A stretch of DNA of 64,000 nucleotides from Ostreococcus lucimarinus (Eukaryota). Both the position numbers and the translations under genes were made by a program. A model generated the notes under the pieces. It was not told the DNA's origin. It worked only from the letters and a program-made list of their open reading frames with translations, and searched no databases. Below are positions 1 through 9,469 of this stretch, in pieces. Within the stretch, counting starts at the first letter, position 1, and the number at the start of each line of letters is the position of its first letter. Where the stretch lies: the NCBI GenBank assembly GCA_000092065.1, contig CP000589.1. One strand, given 5' to 3'.

Positions 1-2452
1 CCCGTGTTTTCTCAGAGAATGGTGGCGCCGTGTTGTCGCCACCAGTGGATTGTGTCTGTCCAGGCAAGTAGTTTGCGTTAGCAGGTACGAGCGCGCCGAA
101 CGGCTCGTAGTTCTTCAGAAGCCTCTCTAACTGTTCTGGACTTGCGTGTGTTGGAATCGGGGGATGATACAAACCCAAACGCCCTTTCGACATCAACTCG
201 CTCTTCTCGCACTGGTACATGCGACACAGGAATGCTGTGCGAACTCGTCGTGATCGAGTCTCTGTTACTTCTGGCGATTGTGTGACTCGCATTTCGGGCA
301 TCTCGTGGTCTGTTTTATCGTCCGTCGACCCGCCGTGTAGACCCGCGTTTTTAACGAAAGAAACATCATCTGTGGAATTCGCGAGCTGAGTCTGCGCAAT
401 ACACAATCGCCTGATTCTTCGAATGGGAATGAGAGCGACCGCCCAGATACCAATGTTCGCCCAGAGTGTGGTAGAGATTCCGTCATCAAAGCGATAAAAC
501 ACAAGACAGCCAAACAGGATTTGCAGCAGGTTGATCACTCGAGCAGTAATCGTGATGCCGAAGGAGTCCTCGCGGAGTTTCGGCGGCGCCGTGGTGAGAT
601 ACAAACCTTGGTACTTTTTGCTCCAGTACAGCACGAATATCCCAAAGACGCCTACGGCGTAACTCACGGGAAGTGCCGGCGCGTAAATTGCCGATAGACC
701 GAGAATCTTGAGCAACTCGGCGTACGAACGCGCCAGCTGGAAAGCTGGAGGTTGCACAAGACTCTCTTGCATCGACAACGTCTTCGACATTGGGGCGAGT
801 ATTTTCACTTGGATAATGTGTTTGATGTTCATGTTCCTTAAAGGTAACAAGAGAACGTTGAACACTTGCAAATAGAACGCATATTCGACGAAACCACCGG
901 GAACGTACCAGTTACACACACCATCTGCCTTCGACGAGCATCGATTGGTGATGATCGGAACGACGACGTAGTTGAGCAAGTTAACAAACGTCAACGTCGC
1001 GATCAGCATGTTTGTCTCAATCGTTTTCGTCTTATAAACCTCAAGTTGCGCGAGATAAACCGTCAATCGATCCAGCAAACCGTTAATGATAACCACTACG
1101 AGTGACGTGGAAGATGCGACGAGTTGCAGTCTGATGGACGAAGTCGTCGAAGCCGTAGATTGGAAAGCGACCTCGTTCGTAATGGTTTCGAGTTGATTAC
1201 TACGCAAGACCTCGAAAACGTACTGAATAACGCCTCCAACGCACAAAGCGCCCGCGAGCACGAACTTCGCCCCGATGGCGGTAGCCACAACCTCCCAGTT
1301 ACTGTCTCGTCGACGAAGGTGCTGCCAGTTGATATCGCTCGGTTCGGGCGCGCGAGTGACGATGAGTCGACGTCCGTTAAAGTCTGGTGAATGTTTGCCG
1401 GTGCATCGATCGATGATCGATTCTCCGTAATCGCCGCAGTGATCTTCGCAACAGTTGATCGCGTGCTGCTCGTAATTGAACGTCACCACGGCGCTCCCCA
1501 GATGCGAGTTGCCGTTTTCCCCGAGCGCCACGACCTTCGCCTTGAGTTCGGCAATTTTTGCATCCAACTTTACTAACGCTTCTCGCGTTGGTTTCGTACC
1601 TTTGAGTGCGATCATTCGATACAATTGTCGACGCAATAAGATGGATTTATTGATCTTCTCGTCCATGTTCGCGCCTTCGTTGTCATCGAGAATCGCCTGA
1701 ATTTCGTTTCTTCGCTGCACGGCGTTTTTGATTTCTCTCTCCATAGTCACGAGTCGTCGAGTGTTCGTAAGATGACAAACAGAAACAACCTCGCCGTAAT
1801 GCGAGAAAAAATCCGCGATTTGCTGTCGAGTCCACTCGTTCCCTTTTCCGAGCCCGGTGACGAGCACCGAGTAGTCGCTCGCGGTCACCACACTCGACTT
1901 GATGATCGCCGCCGCCGTCGCGCGATTACGAGTGTAAAACATGTCAAAGAGTAAAAACACCACAGTCACGACGATTGAAACCGCCTGAAACTCCTTAGGC
2001 GTTTTATTCACAGTGGCGGCGACCCGAGGTACGCAACACACCGCGGTCTGCGTCGTCGTCAGCACCTTCTCGAGCGTGCACGGATAGTGCGTCTGGCACG
2101 CATTCGTCGCGTCAAACGTCCCGATCGCTCCTTCGTAATCGCATCGCATCGGGCAGTTATAAAAACTCGCCAACGTCGGGACTCCACACCTCGACCCTTG
2201 ACTCGTGCTCAGCACAAAGCCGCCCGTCTCGTACGTCCTCGCGCACGTCGTCGTCGCGTCGGCTCCCGCCGTCGCGTCCCACCCCGTCACCGCGTACGAC
2301 GCCGTGAACGCCCTATCCGTCACGTTCGTCGTCAACGAGTACGCGTTGATTCCCGCGAGCACCACCGCGAGCAAACCGAACTGCAGCACCGTGTCCAGGT
2401 ACAGCGCCAGCGACACGCTGCTCGCGCCCACGCGTCTGTGACTCGCCGTCAT
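1..2452 (-). CDS. CSC1/OSCA/TMEM63-family (DUF221, RSN1_7TM) stress-gated calcium-permeable cation channel; 5'-complete, 3' end runs off the window start (>=817 aa)
   Basis: My own minus-strand translation. It is absent from the ORF track because no stop codon lies inside the window. ATG at 2452..2450 and open to position 1. N-terminal TM helix (VSLALYLDTVLQFGLLAVVLAGINAY). Cytosolic RRM-like domain with family signatures SDYSVLVTGLGKG and TRAPEPSDINWQHL, then about 7 hydrophobic helices (e.g. LSAIYAPALPVSYAVGVFGIFVLYW, LQILFGCLVFYRF). Cys-rich predicted external loop between TM1 and TM2. Confidence 0.6.
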   Translation of the reverse strand, partial: MTASHRRVGASSVSLALYLDTVLQFGLLAVVLAGINAYSLTTNVTDRAFTASYAVTGWDATAGADATTTCARTYETGGFVLSTSQGSRCGVPTLASFYNCPMRCDYEGAIGTFDATNACQTHYPCTLEKVLTTTQTAVCCVPRVAATVNKTPKEFQAVSIVVTVVFLLFDMFYTRNRATAAAIIKSSVVTASDYSVLVTGLGKGNEWTRQQIADFFSHYGEVVSVCHLTNTRRLVTMEREIKNAVQRRNEIQAILDDNEGANMDEKINKSILLRRQLYRMIALKGTKPTREALVKLDAKIAELKAKVVALGENGNSHLGSAVVTFNYEQHAINCCEDHCGDYGESIIDRCTGKHSPDFNGRRLIVTRAPEPSDINWQHLRRRDSNWEVVATAIGAKFVLAGALCVGGVIQYVFEVLRSNQLETITNEVAFQSTASTTSSIRLQLVASSTSLVVVIINGLLDRLTVYLAQLEVYKTKTIETNMLIATLTFVNLLNYVVVPIITNRCSSKADGVCNWYVPGGFVEYAFYLQVFNVLLLPLRNMNIKHIIQVKILAPMSKTLSMQESLVQPPAFQLARSYAELLKILGLSAIYAPALPVSYAVGVFGIFVLYWSKKYQGLYLTTAPPKLREDSFGITITARVINLLQILFGCLVFYRFDDGISTTLWANIGIWAVALIPIRRIRRLCIAQTQLANSTDDVSFVKNAGLHGGSTDDKTDHEMPEMRVTQSPEVTETRSRRVRTAFLCRMYQCEKSELMSKGRLGLYHPPIPTHASPEQLERLLKNYEPFGALVPANANYLPGQTQSTGGDNTAPPFSEKTR

Positions 2453-2937
2453 CGAAAATCGCCGCGCGCTCGACGGCACCTGCACGCCGCGATGATCGAC
2501 GTCGTACTCCAGCACGCCCGCGCGCGCGTGCGCCCGCCTCGCGGCGGTCATCGCCGCGTCCGCGCGCGCCACCGGTCCGTCCTCGAGCGCGCCGAACGTC
2601 GTCGCCGCGCGCGACGTCGCGCGCGTCGCCCGGCGCTCGACCGCGCGCAGCTCCACGACGTCGGCGTCCGCGCCGTCGACGACGACGACGTCCGCGACGT
2701 CGTCCGTCGCCGCGGCCGTCGCCATGTCGACGCGCGTCGATCGGTGTCGTCGGCACACGACCGCGCGCGGCGATGCGACGATGCGCGCGACGCGCGCTCG
2801 AGCGCGCGACGCGCGCGGCGACGGCGACGACGCGTCGAGGACGCGCGTCGTCGTCGGGCGACGCGCCGTCGAAGGCGACGAAGGCGACGACGACGACGCG
2901 CGACGACGGCGGGACGGAGAATCCGCTGCGCGGGGTG

Positions 2938-3360
2938 ATGTTCCCGTGGGAGCGCGCGGTGCTGCACAGCGAGCGCTGGGCGGGGGAGCTGAAGCCGTGG
3001 CAGAAGGCGTACTGGGCGGCGTTCGCGCTGGGGTGCGCGTTCGTCGTCGGCGCGCGGGCGAAGCGGTATCACGACGATCAGGAGAGCGAAGAAGCGCGAC
3101 GGCGAACGATGGAGGCGAATAAACGCGCGCTGCGGGGCGCGCTCGAGGGGAGGAGTTTCATCGGCGCGAGCGGGGAGGACGAGGAGGACGAGGACGAAGA
3201 CCCGTTCGATGGGATGAGCCCGGAGGAAATCGAGGCGTTGGTGAAACGAGAGGCGGGACCGAGCGGGGACGTGTACGACGGGATGACGCCGGAGGAGATT
3301 AACGAGCACGAGGAAAAGTTTCGCGGGAAGGGAAATTTGACGTGGAAGACGAAGGCGTGA
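2938..3360 (+). CDS. small hypothetical membrane protein with acidic C-terminal tail (140 aa)
   Basis: First ATG (2938) inside track ORF 2773..3360. One TM helix (AYWAAFALGCAFVVGA) then Glu/Asp-rich tail (GEDEEDEDEDPFDGMSPEEIEAL). High GC3. AT-rich 3' flank with TGTAA. Confidence 0.35.
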   Translation: MFPWERAVLHSERWAGELKPWQKAYWAAFALGCAFVVGARAKRYHDDQESEEARRRTMEANKRALRGALEGRSFIGASGEDEEDEDEDPFDGMSPEEIEALVKREAGPSGDVYDGMTPEEINEHEEKFRGKGNLTWKTKA

Positions 3361-3397
3361 GCGCGACGCGGGTGTTTCGCTCGCGCGGCTGGTGTGT

Positions 3398-3402
3398 TGT
3401 AA
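3398..3402 (+). promoter_or_regulatory. TGTAA putative polyadenylation signal 38 nt after the stop at 3360
   Basis: gtgtTGTAAtctagttctatttctattctaatctaaa, AT-rich 3' spacer. Confidence 0.2.
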
Positions 3403-3458
3403 TCTAGTTCTATTTCTATTCTAATCTAAACGCGGCGCGCGCTGTGCGCGCGCTGAAT

Positions 3459-4394
3459 TCAACGCGCCCCGTTCGCGTTGAGCTCGCGCGCGAGCTCGCG
3501 CAGCCGCCGCTCGCGATCGCAATCGCGCCAACAGTCTGCGCATTCGCACGAGCCGCCGTATTCGCGCGGAACTGAGCTCAAATCAGCCTCGCGTTTCACC
3601 TTGCTCGTAAATTCATCGAGCGTGCTGCAGACGACGATTTGTTTCAGCGTGCGCTCGGAGATGAGCGGCTTGCAAGTATTGAAAATGAATGCGAAACTCG
3701 CCGGCGGGTGCACGATGTAAATTTTGTGAATGCGCTCGACGAAGGCGCGCTTGGACACTTGAGACATGACGCGCAAAAAATCGAACACCTCGAAACCGAT
3801 ATCATTCATACCAAGTCGACTCATATCGACGATTCGAATCGTCTTGCCGCGGGGCCACGGTCTGGTGTCGATATGTTCGAATAAAAACGTCATCACGAAG
3901 GACACGTGTTCGACGACGGCGTGCACGGGATCGTCATCTGGTCTTCCTATCTCCTCCGCCTCTCGCCGGACCGCGTCGAGCAAATGTCCAAACTGTCCCG
4001 GCTTTTCTATCTGTATCGAGCACGCGTTCTGACCTTTGCCCGTCATGTGAAACGCGTGCGGATAGTATCGCTTGATGATTTTAAAGTACGGCTTCGGCGT
4101 GCGCAAAATGAAATCGATATCGAACCGCTCGCGCCACTCCGCGAACAACCGCGCCTTCTCCACGCGCCTCTCTGGATCGTCCGTCGAGCGCAGGATTCGA
4201 TCTGGGATCCCGTCGACGTCCACCGCGATCGCTCTGACCTCGTCCGCGTTCGCCGTCGCCTTTGGCGTCCTCGCCTTGGCGACGCTTTTGGAGAACACCA
4301 CGCGCAGCGCGCGGACCACCGCGGCGAGCGCGTTCGAGAAGAACCGCAAAATCATGATTCCTAGCACGAAGACGACGTGCGTGATGGACTGCAT
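3459..4394 (-). CDS. SEC14-like phosphatidylinositol/phosphatidylcholine transfer protein (CRAL-TRIO domain) with hydrophobic N-terminus
   Basis: CRAL-TRIO signatures YYPHAFHMTGKGQN, IEKPGQFG, IVDMSRLGMNDIGFEVFDF, IYIVHPPASFAFIFNTCKPLISERTLKQIVV. ATG confirmed at 4394..4392. Confidence 0.7.
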   Translation of the reverse strand: MQSITHVVFVLGIMILRFFSNALAAVVRALRVVFSKSVAKARTPKATANADEVRAIAVDVDGIPDRILRSTDDPERRVEKARLFAEWRERFDIDFILRTPKPYFKIIKRYYPHAFHMTGKGQNACSIQIEKPGQFGHLLDAVRREAEEIGRPDDDPVHAVVEHVSFVMTFLFEHIDTRPWPRGKTIRIVDMSRLGMNDIGFEVFDFLRVMSQVSKRAFVERIHKIYIVHPPASFAFIFNTCKPLISERTLKQIVVCSTLDEFTSKVKREADLSSVPREYGGSCECADCWRDCDRERRLRELARELNANGAR

Positions 4395-4617
4395 GGCGAC
4401 TGCGATGTTTCTGACGCCGGTGCGGAATGTGACCGAGCGCGGTGCTTCGACGCGCGCGCGCGCGCAGAACGCGCGCGCGCAGAACGCGCGCGCGCGTCGA
4501 TGCCGACGCGCGGATGCGCCGCGGTCGTCGGCGCGTTTCGCGAGCTCGGTCGATTCGGCGGTGCGCGCGCCGCGCAGTGGCGACGCGGTTCGCGCGCTAT
4601 CGACTGTTTCTATTCTA

Positions 4618-6021
4618 TTACAAGTACGCTTTACGAGCTCGAAGCGCGCCCACGACGGATGGCTTGAACCCGGTAGGCTGCGCGTCGAGCTTTTGCACCA
4701 CCATGATCTTTTCTTTCAACGACGCGAGCCTGATTCGACCGCAAAACTCTTCGAGACGCTTGCGAATGGAGGCTTCGATGGACTCTCGTTCGCGAGCGTC
4801 GGCGGCGACGTACGCCGTCGCCGTCGTTCCGGCGAAGGCGTCGAGCGGAGCGTTGCGAAGATACGCCGACGCCGCGCCGGTGGGATCGGATATCTGAATC
4901 TTTACTCGCCATAGCGGCGGGCGGGCATCCTCTTGAACTTCTAACCTCCCAGTCCTCGTTATCCACGCGTGCACGGTGGCCATCGCGGATTTATCGTCGA
5001 GCGACGCTCGCGCCGCCCGTAAACATCCGAGGTACGTCCACAGCCCTTTTACCGCGCTCTCGTTCACGCGTTGCACCAACGCCATCGTACGATCGTCTAA
5101 CGCGGGCGCAGACGACGACGGCACAGACGATCGTTCGCGACTGGAGAAAATCGGTTCGCCCGACGCTTGAAGGCTCGATCGCGTCGATCGCCGCGGAGAC
5201 GCGACCGCGCCCATCGCCCTCGCGTCGCCCGCGAGCGCGTCGTCCTCGCCGCCGATCTCCAAAATATCCACCACTTGTGAGTCTGGCACGACCCCGCGCG
5301 CCGCATTCGGCGTCACCACCACCCTCGGCGCCGCGCCCTCGACGTCCCTCGCGCCGTCGAGCGCGCGCGCCTCGTTCGCCTCCTCCTCCCACGCCGCGCG
5401 CGTCGCCGCCTTCACGCGATCGCCCTCTCCCACCCCAGGTCGATTCGGCGCTTCAAACACCGCCATCGCTCGCGTTCTCGCGCGCTCTAACCGTTCCACG
5501 ACCCCCCCCAACAGTTCCGTCGTCGCTCGTTCCAGCCAAATCGTTCCGTCTTCGCCGACGTACGGATCCGTCAGCGCGATTTTCGCCCCCGCTCGCATCC
5601 CCTCTCCGCTCAGCCGCGGCACCGCTTCGTACTCCACCGCGAACATCCTTCGCGCGCCGTCCGTCAGGCTCAGCGTCAGGCATCGCTGCGCGTGCGATCG
5701 TCGACACTGTTCGTCCGCGCGTCGTCGTCGCGCGTCGCGCCCGACGTCTCGCCACTCATCCATCTGCACCACGAATCGTCCTCGCGCGCGCGCGCCCGCG
5801 ACGCGCGGCGCGCGCGACAGTCCCCCGCCCAGCGCGCAGACGTTAAAGTCGCTTCGCAGCGCCGCGCTCGCGCACGCGCGCGTCGTCGTCGCCGTCGCCG
5901 GCGTCGCGACGTCCATCGCGCGCGCGACGACGTCGCGCCACGCCTCGCGCGTCTCCGGCCATCCCGCGGCGTCGCGCGCGAGCCACGCGTCGAGGGCGTC
6001 GCGCGACGTCGCGCGCGCCAT
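4618..6021 (-). CDS. hypothetical protein, possibly RMI1 (RecQ-mediated genome instability 1: DUF1767 + OB folds)
   Basis: C-terminal 467 aa of track ORF 4618..6846; the upstream 275 aa are Arg-rich GC-frame artefact. First ATG at 6021. Trp-spaced N-domain (DALDAWLARDAAGWPETREAW). OB-like segment RCLTLSLTDGARRMFAVEYEAVP resembles the RMI1 OB1 motif MLMLQLTDGIVQIQGMEYQP; second OB-like LWRVKIQISDPTGAASAYL. Motif recall only. Confidence 0.4.
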   Translation of the reverse strand: MARATSRDALDAWLARDAAGWPETREAWRDVVARAMDVATPATATTTRACASAALRSDFNVCALGGGLSRAPRVAGARARGRFVVQMDEWRDVGRDARRRRADEQCRRSHAQRCLTLSLTDGARRMFAVEYEAVPRLSGEGMRAGAKIALTDPYVGEDGTIWLERATTELLGGVVERLERARTRAMAVFEAPNRPGVGEGDRVKAATRAAWEEEANEARALDGARDVEGAAPRVVVTPNAARGVVPDSQVVDILEIGGEDDALAGDARAMGAVASPRRSTRSSLQASGEPIFSSRERSSVPSSSAPALDDRTMALVQRVNESAVKGLWTYLGCLRAARASLDDKSAMATVHAWITRTGRLEVQEDARPPLWRVKIQISDPTGAASAYLRNAPLDAFAGTTATAYVAADARERESIEASIRKRLEEFCGRIRLASLKEKIMVVQKLDAQPTGFKPSVVGALRARKAYL

Positions 6022-6071
6022 CGCGTCGCGCGTCGCGTCGCGTCGCGTCGTCGTCGGTCGTCGCGAAGTGC

Positions 6072-6095
6072 GGCGAAAGTTTAAACTTTGGCGCA
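6072..6095. promoter_or_regulatory. 14-bp perfect palindrome AAAGTTTAAACTTT overlapping an E2F-consensus TTTGGCGC in a divergent promoter
   Basis: Read directly: ggcgAAAGTTTAAACTTTGGCGCag at 6072..6095, the only AT-rich island in an otherwise CpG-saturated 130-bp spacer between ATGs at 6021 (-) and 6151 (+). Confidence 0.3.
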
Positions 6096-6150
6096 GCTGT
6101 CGGCACACGCGCGCGCGCGCCGGCGACGCACCGGACGCCGCGCGCGCGCG

Positions 6151-6783
6151 ATGCGCGTCGCGACGCTCGCGCGCGGCGCGGCGCGGCGCGGCGCGGCGTC
6201 GGCGCGCGCGCGCACGACGTACGCGACGAACGAGGACGACGCGCTGTCGAATCTGCTCACGCCGAGACAAAAACTGCGCCGCGCCGCGCTGCTGGCGCTG
6301 ACGACGTGCGCGGCGGGGGCGTACGTGTCGTACTTTGCGACACCGATCGTCGCGGACGGGAGCGCGCGGTCGTGCGCGGCGCTGACGCGGTCGAGGGATG
6401 GGTTCATGGCGCGCGCGGGCGCGGCGCGGGCGCGCGCGATGTGGGCGTTGGGCGACGTCGGGAACGCGCGAGGCGCGCTTCTGGCGAACGACGCGCTGGG
6501 AGCGTGCGTGGAGACGGCGTGCCGACGAGGGATGGACGCGAGGGCGCGCGAGGCGGCGAGCGCGATGTTGAGGGACGCGTGCGAGGACGCGCGCGGAATC
6601 GAGGCGCTGCGACGGTGGAGGACGACGTTGGAGACGTGCGCGCGAGAGCGCGGCGACGGCGAGCGACGAGAGTGGTGGTGGACGAGGACGCGTGCGACGA
6701 GCGGCGAGGACGCGGGCGATGGCGGAGGGTTGGACGCGACGCGCGCGAACGTGGCGGCGACGTTGGAGAAGTTGCGATCGTGA
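6151..6783 (+). CDS. hypothetical protein (210 aa), basic N-terminus plus one TM helix
   Basis: Track ORF 6088..6783 starts at TTG; first ATG at 6151. Coding-like GC3. TM segment ALLALTTCAAGAYVSYFATPIV. No recognisable domain. Confidence 0.3.
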   Translation: MRVATLARGAARRGAASARARTTYATNEDDALSNLLTPRQKLRRAALLALTTCAAGAYVSYFATPIVADGSARSCAALTRSRDGFMARAGAARARAMWALGDVGNARGALLANDALGACVETACRRGMDARAREAASAMLRDACEDARGIEALRRWRTTLETCARERGDGERREWWWTRTRATSGEDAGDGGGLDATRANVAATLEKLRS

Positions 6784-6897
6784 GGCGGTTCGCCAAACGG
6801 CGCGAGGGCGCGGCGGCGATCGGTAGGTTCGCCTTCGGACAGCCATTCCGGTGTATGATTATTAACTAAACTGTGTTCTAAGTGCTAAGTACGCGCG

Positions 6898-8187
6898 CTA
6901 TTTGCTCTCGACGCGCGCGCGTCGCTCCTCGAACGTCGCCTCGGTGGGTCTGTCGCTCAGGCGCTGGTGACGAGATTTCGCAACGCTCACGTTTCCCGCG
7001 CACGTCACGGCTGCGAGTTCGCGCGCGAGCGCAGAGCCATCGCGATCGTTGGCACTCGCAGCGCGCGTACGGTGCGCGCGCGAGCGCGCCAGATGCGCCC
7101 AAATTTCCTCTTGAATCGCCGCGCGAACGCGTTGCGCGTGCATCTGGCCGGCGACGTGCGTCTCGAGTTGCGCCAACGCGCTGTCGCTCACGTGCATGCG
7201 CTCGGCATCCAAACGCGCCTTGTCGTACCCACTTCGCCAAAGTAAAAGCGCGTGCTCGGGCGCCATCGGGTACTGCGGCTTTCTCGGCGTGCGTTCGAGA
7301 TCGAGCAACTCGGTCACGACGGTCGGAGATTCGTGACCGAGACCAACCATAAATAACACAGACGCCATGCACCGCACTTGATGCCACAAGAATGCGGTGC
7401 CTCGAACGTTGATGTACATCAGTTTTCCATCGTGCGACTCCTCGATCGTGCACTCGAGCACGTTTCGCGTGAAACTCTTTACGTTTTCCGCGTCCATGCG
7501 ACAAAAGTTTCTAAAATCGTGCACACCCTCAAACGCGCGCGCGGCCTCGCGCATGGCGCCCAAGTCTAATCCATTCGTCTTTTCAAAGAAGTATTTGTAC
7601 TGGCGCCACTCGCAATCGAACCGGGCGTTCAACTCATCATCCACCGGCGCCCATCCCAACGCTCGCACGTCGTTCGGCAGCGCGCGGTTCAGCAGCGCCA
7701 CGTAATCTAATTCCTCATCCACGCCTTCCGCCCCGTTCGAGCGCGCGCGCAGCGTCACAATTTGTCCCAATCCCGACACTCCGCGATCGGTGCGACCGCA
7801 CCGCGCGTAATCCGCGACTTTGAACACGTCGCGCGCGCTCTCCACGAGCTTCGTCTTCGCCAACGCGTCGAACAGCGCCTGTTCCACCGTCCGCGGCGCC
7901 GCCGCGTTCGCCGCGCCCTGGCTCGCGAAACCGTGATAATCCCATCCCAGGTAGCACACGTGCAGGGCGATCTTGCGCGCGGCGTGCTTGCTGAAGTCGA
8001 ACGCGCGATGTTTCGAGACGCCTCGGGCCGGCGGCGTCGGCGGCGAACGAAGCGCCGCGACGCGCGCGGCGATGCGCTCGACTCGACGCGGGTCGAGCGA
8101 CGCGGCGGTGCTATCGCTCGTCGACGCCGCGAGGCACTCGGCCTCGATGTCGTCGAGCGCGCGCTCGATGTCGTCGAGCGCGCGCAT
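6898..8187 (-). CDS. PUS3: tRNA pseudouridine synthase, TruA/Pus3 (Deg1) family
   Basis: TruA motifs RKIALHVCYLGWDYHGFASQ, RCGRTDRGVSGLGQIVTL (catalytic Asp), HDFRNFCRMD, GTAFLWHQVRCMASVLFMVG. ATG at 8187..8185. Confidence 0.8.
   Translation of the reverse strand: MRALDDIERALDDIEAECLAASTSDSTAASLDPRRVERIAARVAALRSPPTPPARGVSKHRAFDFSKHAARKIALHVCYLGWDYHGFASQGAANAAAPRTVEQALFDALAKTKLVESARDVFKVADYARCGRTDRGVSGLGQIVTLRARSNGAEGVDEELDYVALLNRALPNDVRALGWAPVDDELNARFDCEWRQYKYFFEKTNGLDLGAMREAARAFEGVHDFRNFCRMDAENVKSFTRNVLECTIEESHDGKLMYINVRGTAFLWHQVRCMASVLFMVGLGHESPTVVTELLDLERTPRKPQYPMAPEHALLLWRSGYDKARLDAERMHVSDSALAQLETHVAGQMHAQRVRAAIQEEIWAHLARSRAHRTRAASANDRDGSALARELAAVTCAGNVSVAKSRHQRLSDRPTEATFEERRARVESK
8144..8185. 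repeat. perfect 21-bp tandem duplication (2 copies) in the first codons of PUS3
   Basis: tcgatgtcgtcgagcgcgcgc appears twice, head-to-tail (8144..8164, 8165..8185), encoding the duplicated peptide ALDDIER-ALDDIE. Confidence 0.8.
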
Positions 8188-8265
8188 CGAGAAGTGCGGC
8201 GTCGCGACGCGCTCGTTCGCGGCTTCACGATTCCATTACCTAACGCGCGTTCTACGAAAGCGCGG

Positions 8266-9450
8266 CTAAAATCTCGCTAAAATCTCGAGGAGAATCGGTT
8301 GGACTTTCTTCCGACTCGCCTTGACGTCGAGCTGCGCGCGCGCGGATTTGAACACGCCGAAGTCGTTTTCGGGAAGACGCAGCGGCGCGAGCGGCGTTCG
8401 CTCGCCCAAGTCGCGCATGACGGCTTCGAGCTCGATCGAGCACGCGCTCGATTTCGTGACATCGATCTGACGCGCGAACGCGCCGTCGGCGTCGGCGTCT
8501 TCGAACGAGGACATCATAAATAACACGTCGATGCGCCGCGCGTCGACGAAGGCGACGATTTCATCGTTGACGGATGAAGCGTCCTGTCGCGCCAGCAAAT
8601 CCTGAAACCGCACGCCGAACGACGCGATGCCGACCTCGAGCGACCCCATCGTCCACTGCTTGTAATCTTTCGCCAAGAGTTGCGCGCACGAAAACGAGCT
8701 CTGATCGTGACGCGCGCGAGAGAGCGATTCGTACTCCGCTCGCGTCGCGTCCTCGTCCCATCCCAAAATATCTCGCAGCGATTCCGCAGCGGCAAAGTCC
8801 ACGGGTGCCGCCCGCGTCGTCGTCGCGTCCAGCATTCTCGTGTCCAACACGATCGCTCCCAGAAGCAAACGCGCGACGTCTCGCGCGACGCCCTCGTCCG
8901 CGGCTTTCGCCACGACGTCCCTGTACACCAAACTCGAGCACGATCCGATCAACTCGATGACCCTATCCGCCCGTTCCGCGTACATCCCCGAATCCTCGTG
9001 ATGATCAATCACCCGAACCACGCGCGCTTGCCACGCGTCCGGAAACAACCGCGCGCTCAGCGCGTTATGATCCACCAACGTCACGCTTCGCGGCGTCGCC
9101 TTCGTCGCCGCCGCCGCGACGTCCTCCGCGCACGTCAAATCGCCCAACTTCACCCCCGCGTTCGCCAGCGCCAAGACCACGTCGGGTCGTAATTTCAGTT
9201 CTTCCCTCGCGCACGACACGATCGGCACCGCGCGCGTTTCGCGCTCGCCATCGTCGCGTCCGCGCTTCGCGCTCGCCGCTCGCGCCGTCGCCACCGCGCA
9301 CGCCACCGAGTCCAAATCGCACGCCTCGTTCCCCACGCTCACGTCGCACGCCCCCGGATCGCGCGCGAACGCCTCCTTGGCGTCGCGCAGGAACGTTCGC
9401 AGCGCGTTCGCCTCGCGCGCGCCGTCGTCGACGTTCGCGCGCGTCGCCAT
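8266..9450 (-). CDS. DHH/DHHA2 phosphoesterase, exopolyphosphatase PPX1 / prune-like
   Basis: DHH motifs VGNEACDLDSVACAVA and VIDHHE. DHHA2-like C-terminal half. ATG at 9450..9448. Confidence 0.75.
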   Translation of the reverse strand: MATRANVDDGAREANALRTFLRDAKEAFARDPGACDVSVGNEACDLDSVACAVATARAASAKRGRDDGERETRAVPIVSCAREELKLRPDVVLALANAGVKLGDLTCAEDVAAAATKATPRSVTLVDHNALSARLFPDAWQARVVRVIDHHEDSGMYAERADRVIELIGSCSSLVYRDVVAKAADEGVARDVARLLLGAIVLDTRMLDATTTRAAPVDFAAAESLRDILGWDEDATRAEYESLSRARHDQSSFSCAQLLAKDYKQWTMGSLEVGIASFGVRFQDLLARQDASSVNDEIVAFVDARRIDVLFMMSSFEDADADGAFARQIDVTKSSACSIELEAVMRDLGERTPLAPLRLPENDFGVFKSARAQLDVKASRKKVQPILLEILARF

Positions 9451-9469
9451 TCGTTCGTTCGTTCGTTCG
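9451..9469. repeat. (TTCG)n microsatellite at a divergent promoter
   Basis: tcgttcgttcgttcgttcg immediately 5' of the DHH-phosphoesterase ATG (9450), followed by a (CG)n run. Confidence 0.7.

Noticed and set aside
2087-3309. Long Arg/Ala/Asp-rich ORFs on both strands (2087..2938 +, 2548..3309 -, 2313..2756 -)
   Set aside because: Typical high-GC out-of-frame artefacts (RRRRRR/ARARAR peptides, no domain). They lie in the CpG-only divergent spacer between the OSCA gene and the next gene.
4618-6846. N-terminal 275 residues of the 742-aa ORF
   Set aside because: Arg/Pro-rich low-complexity text with no Met until residue 276. Coding-like sequence begins only at ATG 6021.
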